From positions 1 to 64,000 of IMG/VR virus record IMGVR_UViG_3300014208_000005: a stretch of DNA of 64,000 nt; one strand, given 5' to 3'. Each line of letters opens with the position of its first letter. Positions within the stretch are counted from its first letter, which is position 1. The notes beneath the pieces were generated by a model. The model ran no database searches and was not told the DNA's origin. It saw only the letters and a list, made by a program, of their open reading frames with translations. Shown here piece by piece: positions 54,936-63,337 of the stretch. A program made the translations under genes and the position numbers. Source of the stretch: a virus.

Positions 54936-55109
54936 TTAAAATTTAAATAAGTGAGTAAAACTGTAAGCTATGCAATAAATTGCGATAAGCTTTAAGACTA
55001 ATTCGTAAAGTCTTTGCCATATTGCTTTGGTTGTCCATCTTGAGACTAAAACCCATGACGATAAAGCAATGACTAAGATGTAAAATAAAAATGTTGTTAA
55101 GTTCATCAT
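54936..55109 (-). CDS. 57-aa two-helix membrane protein (not in ORF track)
   Basis: MMNLTTFLFYILVIALSSWVLVSRWTTKAIWQRLYELVLKLIAIYCIAYSFTHLFKF; ATGA-coupled. Confidence 0.5.
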   Translation of the reverse strand: MMNLTTFLFYILVIALSSWVLVSRWTTKAIWQRLYELVLKLIAIYCIAYSFTHLFKF

Positions 55110-55256
55110 TCAAAGTTTAATATTGTGTCACATTTAATTGAATCAATTGTAATGATTTGTTCTTGTGTTACAATTGTGGCCGAGACTTTTGATTTGGATT
55201 TATTGTCAGGAGTAAAACTGTAACACAAGAACACTAAGAATGCTAATAATATGTGG

Positions 55257-55349
55257 TTACCCATCAAGTTCATATCCATCAACCAGATAAGCCATGAGTA
55301 ATACGGCACAGATAAGAATAGTAATACCTGAAATTATGATTATTGCCAT
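55257..55349 (-). CDS. 30-aa membrane peptide (not in ORF track)
   Basis: MAIIIISGITILICAVLLMAYLVDGYELDG. Confidence 0.45.
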   Translation of the reverse strand: MAIIIISGITILICAVLLMAYLVDGYELDG

Positions 55350-55482
55350 AACTTTAAAGTTTAAGATTCGTTTGAAATTTCTTTAAGAACAGCTATTGCT
55401 TCGTAAATTGCTTTACAAGCAGCACAATCATGGTCTTCGCAGAGTTGGGTTTCCAGTAAGGTAATGACATCTTGGATTGTTT

Positions 55483-55890
55483 TCATGTTCTTGGAGGATC
55501 AAAGAATAAGTGACCATGTATTTTTGTACCGCTATCATCATACCACCCATCTCTTAAATAAATTTGAGATCCGTGATTTGTAGGGTTAATATTGTTTGAT
55601 AATTCTTCTTTAAAGACAGAAAATGCCCATTTATCATTGATGTGACATTCTGAATTGGTTCCTCCAGCCACAATCTTTGTAACAATGTTTTTCTTTACTT
55701 CTGGTTTTGGCTCGTAAGGACGCAGAACTATTTTTTCACTGTATCTACATTCAAATCCCTTACCTTCTGGACATCCTTTATCTCCATTATTCGCAAAGAA
55801 ACATCCTTTACAGGACATATTCTCAACTTCAGGCACAGCTTCAAATTCTACGCCTAATATTTTTATTTTTTCACCTAATTTTAGTATCAT
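55483..55890 (-). CDS. Cys-rich hypothetical protein
   Basis: SCKGCFF...CPEG..FEC. Confidence 0.55.
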   Translation of the reverse strand: MILKLGEKIKILGVEFEAVPEVENMSCKGCFFANNGDKGCPEGKGFECRYSEKIVLRPYEPKPEVKKNIVTKIVAGGTNSECHINDKWAFSVFKEELSNNINPTNHGSQIYLRDGWYDDSGTKIHGHLFFDPPRT

Positions 55891-55895
55891 GATTT

Positions 55896-56120
55896 TTAAG
55901 ATTTAATGGTTAATACCGATGCTTTTTTACGTTCGTGATTATATTTAAAGAGGTAATCCGGATGAGTTAAGTTAATAAGTTCATCCACATTAACGCGGTC
56001 AAATTTAAACTTATCCCAAAGGACATATTTAGGCACTATTTCGTTCGTCATTTTACGAACAATATCAAAGAACATTAGCTTTGAGTGAAATTCGTTGAAT
56101 GTTGTTTCTGGGATTATCAT
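55896..56120 (-). CDS. Hypothetical protein
   Basis: 74-aa coupled ORF. Confidence 0.5.
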   Translation of the reverse strand: MIIPETTFNEFHSKLMFFDIVRKMTNEIVPKYVLWDKFKFDRVNVDELINLTHPDYLFKYNHERKKASVLTIKS

Positions 56121-56299
56121 ACAAATACAAATTTAAATGTGGTTAAATTTCCTGTTTCTTCGAGTAAGTTTACAACTTTACCAGCAACATCATAAGGCCA
56201 ATTTTTAAGAGCCTTTAAATAAAATCCTTTTTCTTTGCCGGAGTAACACGCATCATAATCACATGCTCTTGCTACTGTAATGAATTGTTTCTTTGTCAT
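56117..56299 (-). CDS. Hypothetical protein
   Basis: 60-aa coupled ORF. Confidence 0.5.
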   Translation of the reverse strand: MTKKQFITVARACDYDACYSGKEKGFYLKALKNWPYDVAGKVVNLLEETGNLTTFKFVFV

Positions 56300-56541
56300 G
56301 ATTCAATTGTTAATGTTCCATGAAAGATTTCAAAATGATCGCTCGTCCAATCACTGTCGTTGCTTGCAAGAAACCCTCCGCTGCTTGAACATAGGGCAAC
56401 ACCTGTTAATTGAGTATCAGAAGATTTTGTGCACAGAATGATTGTTTTACCATTGGATTTGGAATTTGCGTAAAGTTCTCCTTGTTGAAAACGTGTTGAA
56501 TTGTGATGAGGAAATGTCCTCTCTATTGTTGTTTTTATCAT
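56296..56541 (-). CDS. Hypothetical protein
   Basis: 81 aa; ends FEIFHGTLTIES. Confidence 0.55.
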   Translation of the reverse strand: MIKTTIERTFPHHNSTRFQQGELYANSKSNGKTIILCTKSSDTQLTGVALCSSSGGFLASNDSDWTSDHFEIFHGTLTIES

Positions 56542-57128
56542 GATTTTAAGAATTTAGAATTCAATTAACAATTTACCAACACATTCAAAGAACTTTTCGC
56601 TTACAAATTTGTCAGTATTTATTGTGTGATGTTCACCTATTTCAGCTGGATTACTGTATTTAATGATGAATGTTAATAAAGAATGATTTTCAACCACACG
56701 CTACCCACCACTTGTTTCAATTTAACTTATGCAGTTCAGACGATTTTATTCTCCTGCCTTTGGGTTAAATCTTTGTGCCTAAGCCTTGTCCGTTGTTCAT
56801 TCGTTTTTACTTAAAGATTTTATCGTGAATTTCTTTCACAGTTTCGTGAGACACTGTAGCGCCAGTATCCGATTTTTCCGTCTTTAAGTGTGATAACTCT
56901 CGCTATTCCAGAATCTGCATCGTTATTCCATATGATGTAATCCCATCCGAATAATTTATGTTTTAGTTTGTACATAATTAAATTCTCCTATGTTAGTTGT
57001 TGATATTAAAATGATATCAAAATAGTATTAGTGCTATAAAATGCCAATGAGTATTGATTTACAGGGAGTTATGAGGGAAAAGTGTCACAGAATAAGGGAT
57101 AAATGTACCTTTAAACCTATTAGTGTTC

Positions 57129-57419
57129 TTAAATACTCCTAAGCTCTTCTTTGACTTTATTCCAATATCTGTCATCAAAATATTGAATAACAATATCTGC
57201 ACTTCCTGCCTTTAGTATTTCATCCACACAAATTAATGCACATTGTTTTATCTTACTTTGAGCAAATGAACTTTTGATGTTATCTATAAAAGGGTCTAGA
57301 AGATTCTCATACCAGTAGAATAATTCTAATGCTTTTTCTTTTGGTGTTATTGTATTCATTTCATTCTTCATATATATACTTTCTTTTAGTGCTGTATAAT
57401 GCTGTGAGTATTGATACAT
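57129..57419 (-). CDS. Conserved phage protein (TPKEKA...KQCALICVDEIL family); true start probably internal
   Basis: TPKEKALEL...KQCALICVDEIL...YWNKVKEEL. Confidence 0.6.
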   Translation of the reverse strand: MYQYSQHYTALKESIYMKNEMNTITPKEKALELFYWYENLLDPFIDNIKSSFAQSKIKQCALICVDEILKAGSADIVIQYFDDRYWNKVKEELRSI

Positions 57420-57423
57420 ACTT

Positions 57424-57713
57424 ACGTGAGACGTTAGTAACGTGACGCGTTAGTATTGGGGATGATATATATCACCCTAATCTGTGATAAATATCACATT
57501 GTATTGTGACAAATGTCACATAATCAGTGCGGACAATCAATCAGTTAACTTGTATAAAATCAACAAGTTACTATTTTAACTGTGCGGACAACTATTTTGA
57601 ATAGTCTTTTGAGTGGTGTAAATCACTACTACAATCCCCCCTACAAGCAAAATGTTAATTGTTTGATAATGAATGACGTATAAAAATATTTACCCCTACA
57701 AACAGTACTACAA
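57424..57713. repeat. Array of short direct and inverted repeats (putative protein-binding sites)
   Basis: Tandem 16-mers; three TGTGA-N6-TCACA-type palindromes at 22-bp period; GTGCGGACAA x2 and CCCCTACAA x2, each pair 55 bp apart; two WATCAANNNNTTR matches. Confidence 0.7.
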
Positions 57714-57780
57714 CGGTAATAATCAACCCAAGTAAGATGGATTAGGTATTTTTGTGTAATGTAAGTATGTTAGTTGTATA

Positions 57781-57823
57781 AAAAACAAGGAAAGCAAGAT
57801 TCCCCGATTATGGAGAACCTTGC
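57781..57823 (-). terminator. Terminator after gene 57850..58272
   Basis: Minus strand gcaaggttctcc-ataatc-ggggaatcttgc followed by tttccttgtttttt. Confidence 0.6.
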
Positions 57824-57849
57824 AATCCGAGTAAGCTGGAAGTGATGAA

Positions 57850-58272
57850 CTAGCTGGTAAGCGGCTCAACTACTTCGTCCGAAACAACGGCTTTCTTTGG
57901 GGTTGCCGGTTGAACGGTTGTCTGACCTTCAGTGTAAACCCAACGATGGTTCGCTGTTACTTCTGAACCATCAGCTGCGGTGAATGTGAATTCATCGACC
58001 TCTGTGTAAACGAGCTGTCCTGGGAGTTGTGTGCCGATGAGAGACTTTGCAACCTCTTCATTCGTAACACCAGCCAAAGGAATTGAACCCGTTGGAATCT
58101 CCAAACGCTGAAGACCATTGGCGGAAATCCTTAACTTCGGAGCAGCGTCCTGAATAATTGCACTGAAAAACTCAACACCTGTGGTGCTGTTTGTTGCTTT
58201 GCGAATTCCTGTAATCTGTGACATGTGTTTGTGTATTAAGTGATTAATAAAAATAATAAGCCTAACAATCAC
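57850..58272 (-). CDS. Hypothetical beta-rich protein (possible OB-fold); start probably at MSQITG
   Basis: Higher GC than neighbours; own terminator. Confidence 0.6.
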   Translation of the reverse strand: MIVRLIIFINHLIHKHMSQITGIRKATNSTTGVEFFSAIIQDAAPKLRISANGLQRLEIPTGSIPLAGVTNEEVAKSLIGTQLPGQLVYTEVDEFTFTAADGSEVTANHRWVYTEGQTTVQPATPKKAVVSDEVVEPLTS

Positions 58273-58331
58273 TACGATTGGTTTGCTTAAAGATTAGTGG
58301 TAGTTAGATGTTAATGCTTTTAAAAGGAAGA

Positions 58332-58541
58332 TTACTCTTCCCATTGGAACTTTCTGAGCCTTGTTTTAGGATGACTGTCTTTCCAAAATGCCCAAATCCA
58401 ACTAGCATCTTCCACCTCACCACTGCTGTCGTAGTACTCTCTGGTAATAGTGAACCAATACAAGCATGATTGAAAAGGTGTATCAAAGCCAATATCAATA
58501 CGAATGGCTCTATCTCTACGTGTTTGAAATAAGATTTTCAT
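58332..58541 (-). CDS. Hypothetical Trp-rich protein, first gene of the minus-strand block
   Basis: 69 aa; A-rich leader. Confidence 0.5.
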   Translation of the reverse strand: MKILFQTRRDRAIRIDIGFDTPFQSCLYWFTITREYYDSSGEVEDASWIWAFWKDSHPKTRLRKFQWEE

Positions 58542-59229
58542 GGCTTTGTGTTTTTAAAGTTGAAGATTAGTCGTAGTTAAATGTTCATTTCCAAATTACT
58601 CAAAACGCTGATAATCAGCTCCCTATTATGGTTAACAGTTACTGTTGATCATGCTGTTAACGTAACTGTTGTTTGATACTATTGCTAACGACGGATTTTA
58701 AAGCGTTCTAAGAGCACCTGACTTAAAGTGATACAATTGTACCTCTTTGATGAGATCGTTCAACTGAGATGAGATAATGCAGTTTTAAGGGCATTCTATC
58801 ACACTGAGACAACCTAGTGAATCGTCAGTGATTTAAAAACACCCTTAAAACTACACAACGAAGTTCAAACTAAAGCAATGGGGGTACAACCCAATCGCCA
58901 ATGGTTAGCCGGGGGTAGATGGTAGATAGTCACTGAGCACGTAAATTTATCATGAAAAAAAATTATAAAATTTTTGAAAATTTACCTCATATGCAGTTTT
59001 TTAAATGTTTGGGGACCCAAGGGGGGACTATTATTATCAACAATTAGAAACAATCATCCTGGTAAACTGTTTTTATTATTTATTAATAATTCTTAATTAT
59101 TTCCTTATTTATTGATATTTATTCTTTATTATTAATACGTGTATCCTATATACGTCAATTACTAAAATTAGTTTTCTCGGTCGTGTTTAAATTATTGTTG
59201 CTGTCTTCCAGCCCATTAGAGTTTTCTCC

Positions 59230-59260
59230 TTGACTTATGTTTAGAAATGTTGTATCTTTG
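59230..59260 (+). promoter_or_regulatory. Bacteroidota-type promoter
   Basis: TTGacttatgtttagaaatgttgTATCTTTG. Confidence 0.8.
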
Positions 59261-59282
59261 CACGACAAACTAAATTAAAGTC

Positions 59283-59546
59283 ATGGTTCAAGTAAACGAT
59301 TACATCTGGTACAAAATTTATCCTAAGGGCGTTAAAGACGCCATCATTGAGTCTGACATATCCTCCTCTGGCATTAGTACTATCTACCCTATTTCCAAAC
59401 CGTACACAAAATTCCTCAACGGATTCATCAAGAAAATAGGTCACCTGCCCAAGGAATGTGACTTTAAGACTCATTTCGTTGTGTATTTTGTTGATTACAA
59501 GAATGCTCCTAAAGAAATTCCCCTTATTGAGGAATCGGAGGATTAA
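59283..59546 (+). CDS. Hypothetical protein
   Basis: 87 aa, directly downstream of a promoter. Confidence 0.55.
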   Translation: MVQVNDYIWYKIYPKGVKDAIIESDISSSGISTIYPISKPYTKFLNGFIKKIGHLPKECDFKTHFVVYFVDYKNAPKEIPLIEESED

Positions 59547-59608
59547 TTTTATTCCCATTGATTTCCAGTTAATTAAGTGTAAGCAACAAAAAATATTTTG
59601 AAATTTAT

Positions 59609-59639
59609 TTGGAAAAATGTTAAAAATGTCGTATCTTTG
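59609..59639 (+). promoter_or_regulatory. Bacteroidota-type promoter of the endonuclease gene
   Basis: TTGgaaaaatgttaaaaatgtcgTATCTTTG. Confidence 0.75.
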
Positions 59640-59658
59640 TAAAAAAAAAAATACAACT

Positions 59659-60315
59659 ATGGTTTATTTCATTCAAGAAAATTTAACTGGAGCAGTAAAG
59701 ATAGGATTTACTGATAATATCAAGAGAAGATTAACTAAAATGCAGGCGGACAATTCTAATCGTTTAATAGTAATTAGAACAATAGATCCGGCAACACGTG
59801 TAGAAGAAAGAAAGTTGCAATATTATTTTGATTATTTACACATTACCGGAGAATGGTATTTATTTGACGAGCAAATGCTTACATTAGATGTAGCAATGTT
59901 AAACATTACTAATGTTAAAAAATCTGCTGGGAAACTTACCAGACGAAAGAAGGAGTATGAACTTAAATTTCTAGATGTTATAAATCAGATTAGTGTTGAT
60001 AAAGATGTGTTTATTACTATGAAATATCTAAGCCACTGTTTGAGTTTAAGTAAATTTAAAAGCTCTAAGTATTCATCAGACATAATAAGAGATAGGATGA
60101 ATCAGATAAATATAAGTAATTTCGGAACAGACAGCAGGCAAGAATTTAATAATTACTACAAATTTAGTAAATATTTTTATCCTGGTGTGAAATGGGCAGA
60201 AGTATGTTCAAATGTAGGTGTTGCAAAAGGTTCTTATTATAGAGTACGTAGATTTTTGTCTAAAAATTATGAGCGATACCAAAAAATAAATGAAGAAAAA
60301 CTTGACTTGGCTTAA
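59659..60315 (+). CDS. T5orf172/GIY-YIG-like (putative homing) endonuclease with C-terminal HTH
   Basis: MVYFIQ...AVKIGFTDNIKRRL..MQ...EERKLQ...ITGEWY; start moved to Met15, downstream of the promoter. Confidence 0.8.
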   Translation: MVYFIQENLTGAVKIGFTDNIKRRLTKMQADNSNRLIVIRTIDPATRVEERKLQYYFDYLHITGEWYLFDEQMLTLDVAMLNITNVKKSAGKLTRRKKEYELKFLDVINQISVDKDVFITMKYLSHCLSLSKFKSSKYSSDIIRDRMNQINISNFGTDSRQEFNNYYKFSKYFYPGVKWAEVCSNVGVAKGSYYRVRRFLSKNYERYQKINEEKLDLA

Positions 60316-60332
60316 AATATGTTGTATCTTTG
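60302..60332 (+). promoter_or_regulatory. Bacteroidota-type promoter for the packaging/structural operon
   Basis: TTGacttggcttaaaatatgttgTATCTTTG. Confidence 0.8.
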
Positions 60333-60374
60333 CAGAGGAGTATTTTTAACATTAACATCTAAAAATTAACAAAA

Positions 60375-60698
60375 ATGGACGAAGTAACAAAGACAATGGA
60401 AGAGTCTGCACAACCTGTCACAGAGACTGGTTTTAGTAGCGCGCCGTCAGCAGAAGTGATTAAACAACAAGAAGACATCAGCGAAAAGTGGACTCCAGCG
60501 CAACTACGAGCTGCACGTAAGAAGTACATTAACGATAAGAAGGAAGACATCGAGATTCTTGCCGTCGATGTGCAATTCCTGCGTTTACAAGTGGAGCATT
60601 ATCATTTGACGAAAGACATCAGCAAAATTAACGCGGAGATTGAGGAGATGAAGAAATTAAAAGAAAGTGAGAGTTTTAAGGAGTCAATCAAGATATGA
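60375..60698 (+). CDS. Coiled-coil hypothetical protein
   Basis: 107 aa. Confidence 0.6.
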   Translation: MDEVTKTMEESAQPVTETGFSSAPSAEVIKQQEDISEKWTPAQLRAARKKYINDKKEDIEILAVDVQFLRLQVEHYHLTKDISKINAEIEEMKKLKESESFKESIKI

Positions 60699-61003
60699 AA
60701 ATTTGGATGTGGGTTGTAACATGGTGTATTATATCTACAATACAAATACCATGTCCAGAGAAATCATATGTAGATAAGTTTGGAATAAAACACGATCCAG
60801 CAGCAACATGTTTAGTCTATCATTGTAAAATAGAATATGATTGTACTCACGAAAAACAATTTATGAATAGAGATTCGGCAAAGATGTTTTTAAAGGAAAT
60901 TTCAGATGAATCTAAAAGAACGTCAGTATTAGCAAGAATACAAATAGATTCAATACTATTAGGGCAAGAGAAATACATTAAGTATGAAGATAAAGACAGA
61001 TAA
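60695..61003 (+). CDS. Cys-rich putative exported protein
   Basis: Hydrophobic N-terminus, several Cys. Confidence 0.5.
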   Translation: MKIWMWVVTWCIISTIQIPCPEKSYVDKFGIKHDPAATCLVYHCKIEYDCTHEKQFMNRDSAKMFLKEISDESKRTSVLARIQIDSILLGQEKYIKYEDKDR

Positions 61004-61301
61004 AGAGAAGTATTTTCACCAGGCCTTAGGAATAATCCAAGCGTTTCCCCCTTACAACAAACTCACGACGAAGGAATTACAAGTCTTAGGGGAGTTAATG
61101 AGGCACAAGAATAACGGCTACAGACCGTTGTTGAATAACGAAACGAGACGCCTAATCGAGGCCGATCTTAAGATTGCTCCAGAAATCCTACGAAACAACC
61201 TCTCAGCATTAAGAGCTAAAGGATTGTTGGTTGACAACGAAATTCCAGAGAAGTATTTAGTTAAGTATTTACAAAATTTTGATTTTCAATTTGAAGAATA
61301 A
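60984..61301 (+). CDS. Winged-helix DNA-binding protein
   Basis: LTTKELQVLGEL...RRLIEADLKIAPEILRNNLSALRAKGLL. Confidence 0.6.
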   Translation: MKIKTDKEKYFHQALGIIQAFPPYNKLTTKELQVLGELMRHKNNGYRPLLNNETRRLIEADLKIAPEILRNNLSALRAKGLLVDNEIPEKYLVKYLQNFDFQFEE

Positions 61302-61498
61302 TGACAACTCCAAAAACAATACACTACATCTTCAATGAGTTACAAGAGGCAGTTCAATCTTACCACATGTGTCTTGACAGACTTGAGAAGTGGGAAAGCA
61401 TGTATCCTCAATACAGATTTGATATTGATTTAATGACGTCTGGAATTAAACGTAGCCCAACTGTAAGGATAGCAATTTACAAAAACAATAAGAAATGA
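61301..61498 (+). CDS. Hypothetical protein
   Basis: 65-aa coupled ORF. Confidence 0.5.
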   Translation: MTTPKTIHYIFNELQEAVQSYHMCLDRLEKWESMYPQYRFDIDLMTSGIKRSPTVRIAIYKNNKK

Positions 61499-61845
61499 TG
61501 GCTGACGATTTTCAACTTTACGACACAAATTTACACAGACCTGATCCAGAAGTAGTGTGGACAAAGCCTAAACCGTATGTTAAGAAACTTTATATACCTA
61601 TTGATGACGCCATTGAATATATCAGAAATGTTCAAACGCAAGGTAGGAGTGGTATGTTTGGTCACAGATTGTTCATAGATTATGGGGTGAATACTGACAA
61701 TCAACACACAATAAATTGCTGGATGAATATGTATTTGAAACACAGTTGTAACCCGCAGAAAGAATACTTTAACAAGTTACAAAAAAGAGTTTTGGATAGG
61801 CGAGACTATTACATTTACAAAAATTCTGGAATAAAGCTATTCTAA
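61495..61845 (+). CDS. Hypothetical protein
   Basis: 116-aa coupled ORF. Confidence 0.55.
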   Translation: MMADDFQLYDTNLHRPDPEVVWTKPKPYVKKLYIPIDDAIEYIRNVQTQGRSGMFGHRLFIDYGVNTDNQHTINCWMNMYLKHSCNPQKEYFNKLQKRVLDRRDYYIYKNSGIKLF

Positions 61846-61846
61846 A

Positions 61847-62083
61847 ATGCACAAACCACAGAACCAAAAAAAGCTAAGGGAAATCGCAAATAAACACGGG
61901 ATATCTTTAGCAACTGCTAATGAGATCATTGGATGTCAGTGGGAATTTGTGAAGCTAATGATGAACACCATTAAACCTTTGGACCAAGACTACCCTGTGA
62001 TTAATGTAATCCATTTAGGTAAGTTCCTGATAACTAAGAAGAGAAAATTTATGTTAAACAAATTTAGGTCAAATAAAACATGA
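61847..62083 (+). CDS. IHF/HU-like DNA-binding protein
   Basis: LREIANKHGISLATANEII...VINVIHLGKF; IHF-like genes near the terminase are typical of crAss-like phages. Confidence 0.65.
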   Translation: MHKPQNQKKLREIANKHGISLATANEIIGCQWEFVKLMMNTIKPLDQDYPVINVIHLGKFLITKKRKFMLNKFRSNKT

Positions 62084-62337
62084 TATGCGTTGATACTAAG
62101 TTCTTTAGCCACTTGATAGAGTGTCTTGAGACGCAAAAAAACATACATCTGAAACCTTACAAAGAGAAAGTACTCTTACAGGATAAGATTGATAAGACAG
62201 TGACTCAATGTAAGCAGATTGTTGAAGATGAGATTGCAGAGGAGAAAAAATCAATTAGGAAGAAGGCACTGCATGTTCCACCTGATTCATCCTTGTTTAA
62301 CGAATCTGTAATTGGTCTGGAAGGGTTTGTGGAATGA
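62080..62337 (+). CDS. Hypothetical protein
   Basis: 85-aa coupled ORF. Confidence 0.5.
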   Translation: MICVDTKFFSHLIECLETQKNIHLKPYKEKVLLQDKIDKTVTQCKQIVEDEIAEEKKSIRKKALHVPPDSSLFNESVIGLEGFVE

Positions 62338-62537
62338 AGAAATACACAGAAGTGTTTGTTTCACAGGATGATTGTGGACATTGGTACGTGGTTCCGAAAG
62401 AACTGGAAACTCAATGGTCTTCAGACATTTGGAATGACACTATGGCTGACTCTGGAGAATTTGATGAGAAGTACGGAAGGTTTAGAACTGGAGGAGACAT
62501 TAATCTGGTTCAATTATTTAAAGAGGTTGAAGAATGA
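62334..62537 (+). CDS. Small conserved phage protein (QDDCGHWYVVP)
   Basis: 67-aa coupled ORF. Confidence 0.55.
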   Translation: MKKYTEVFVSQDDCGHWYVVPKELETQWSSDIWNDTMADSGEFDEKYGRFRTGGDINLVQLFKEVEE

Positions 62538-62791
62538 AGACATACAACAGAAGAGTGTGGTTAAATAAGAAAACATGTGATTCAACTGGGTCACTAGTAG
62601 CATTCGACGGAGAAGTTACAGATTTAGATTCAAAAAATAAGTATCAACAGACATTCTTAGAAATAGCCGATTGTAGAACTAAGATAAGGCTTCACAGAAC
62701 TTCTGATGACTCTCGTGAGGATTTCATAAGTAAAATGAAGCTGTTGGAGAAGGAAATAAAACTATTCATAGATTATTTAGAGAAACACTAA
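62534..62791 (+). CDS. Small conserved phage protein
   Basis: RVWLN...LEIADCRTKIRLH...FISKM. Confidence 0.6.
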   Translation: MKTYNRRVWLNKKTCDSTGSLVAFDGEVTDLDSKNKYQQTFLEIADCRTKIRLHRTSDDSREDFISKMKLLEKEIKLFIDYLEKH

Positions 62792-62797
62792 ACAGGA

Positions 62798-63337
62798 ATG
62801 AATTTATTCACAATAGACAACCAAAAAGTAACCTACAGTCCTGAAGCTCTTACGATTAAGGAATTTAAGACCTTATGGGATAGGGACTCTTCTAAACATA
62901 AGGAGGCCGCAACAGAGGAATTGTCGTATGTGTTCTTCCTAAGTGATTTTAAGTCGCCGTACATGTCTTACGATAAGGAAGCACGAGAGAATAAGGTTAT
63001 TTCTGATGTGATGTCTAAGAAAGGATGGAAGGCAGACCTTAAGGTAAAGGAAGCGTGTGACAAATACGAAGAGTTGCAGACAACGCCTTCTATGGGCCTA
63101 CTAAAAGACGCTGAGTGTGCTCTTGATAAGATACGTCATTACTTCCGTAATGTTGACGTAACTGACGACGTTGAAGGAACTATAACAAAGACTCTTATCT
63201 CTAATGTTGAAAAACTTGGCGGAGTTATTAAGGGTTTGTCGATGCTGAGAGAGATGGTTGATAAAGAAGTGTCTGAGAGTAAGAGAATGAGAGGTGGTGG
63301 TACACAGGGATTAAGGGAGAAACCTAAAACTAGATGA
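62798..63337 (+). CDS. Conserved crAss-like protein upstream of TerL (possible small terminase)
   Basis: IKEFKTLWDRDSSKHKEAATEELSYVFFLSDFKSPY; ATGA overlap with terL. Confidence 0.55.
   Translation: MNLFTIDNQKVTYSPEALTIKEFKTLWDRDSSKHKEAATEELSYVFFLSDFKSPYMSYDKEARENKVISDVMSKKGWKADLKVKEACDKYEELQTTPSMGLLKDAECALDKIRHYFRNVDVTDDVEGTITKTLISNVEKLGGVIKGLSMLREMVDKEVSESKRMRGGGTQGLREKPKTR

Noticed and set aside
57001-57713. True prophage attP site
   Set aside because: No integrase or recombinase gene and no tRNA-like core in the window; kept only as an architectural analogy.
59241-59558. Minus-strand 105-aa ORF
   Set aside because: Fully overlaps the plus-strand ORF 59283..59546, which has a clear promoter and leader.
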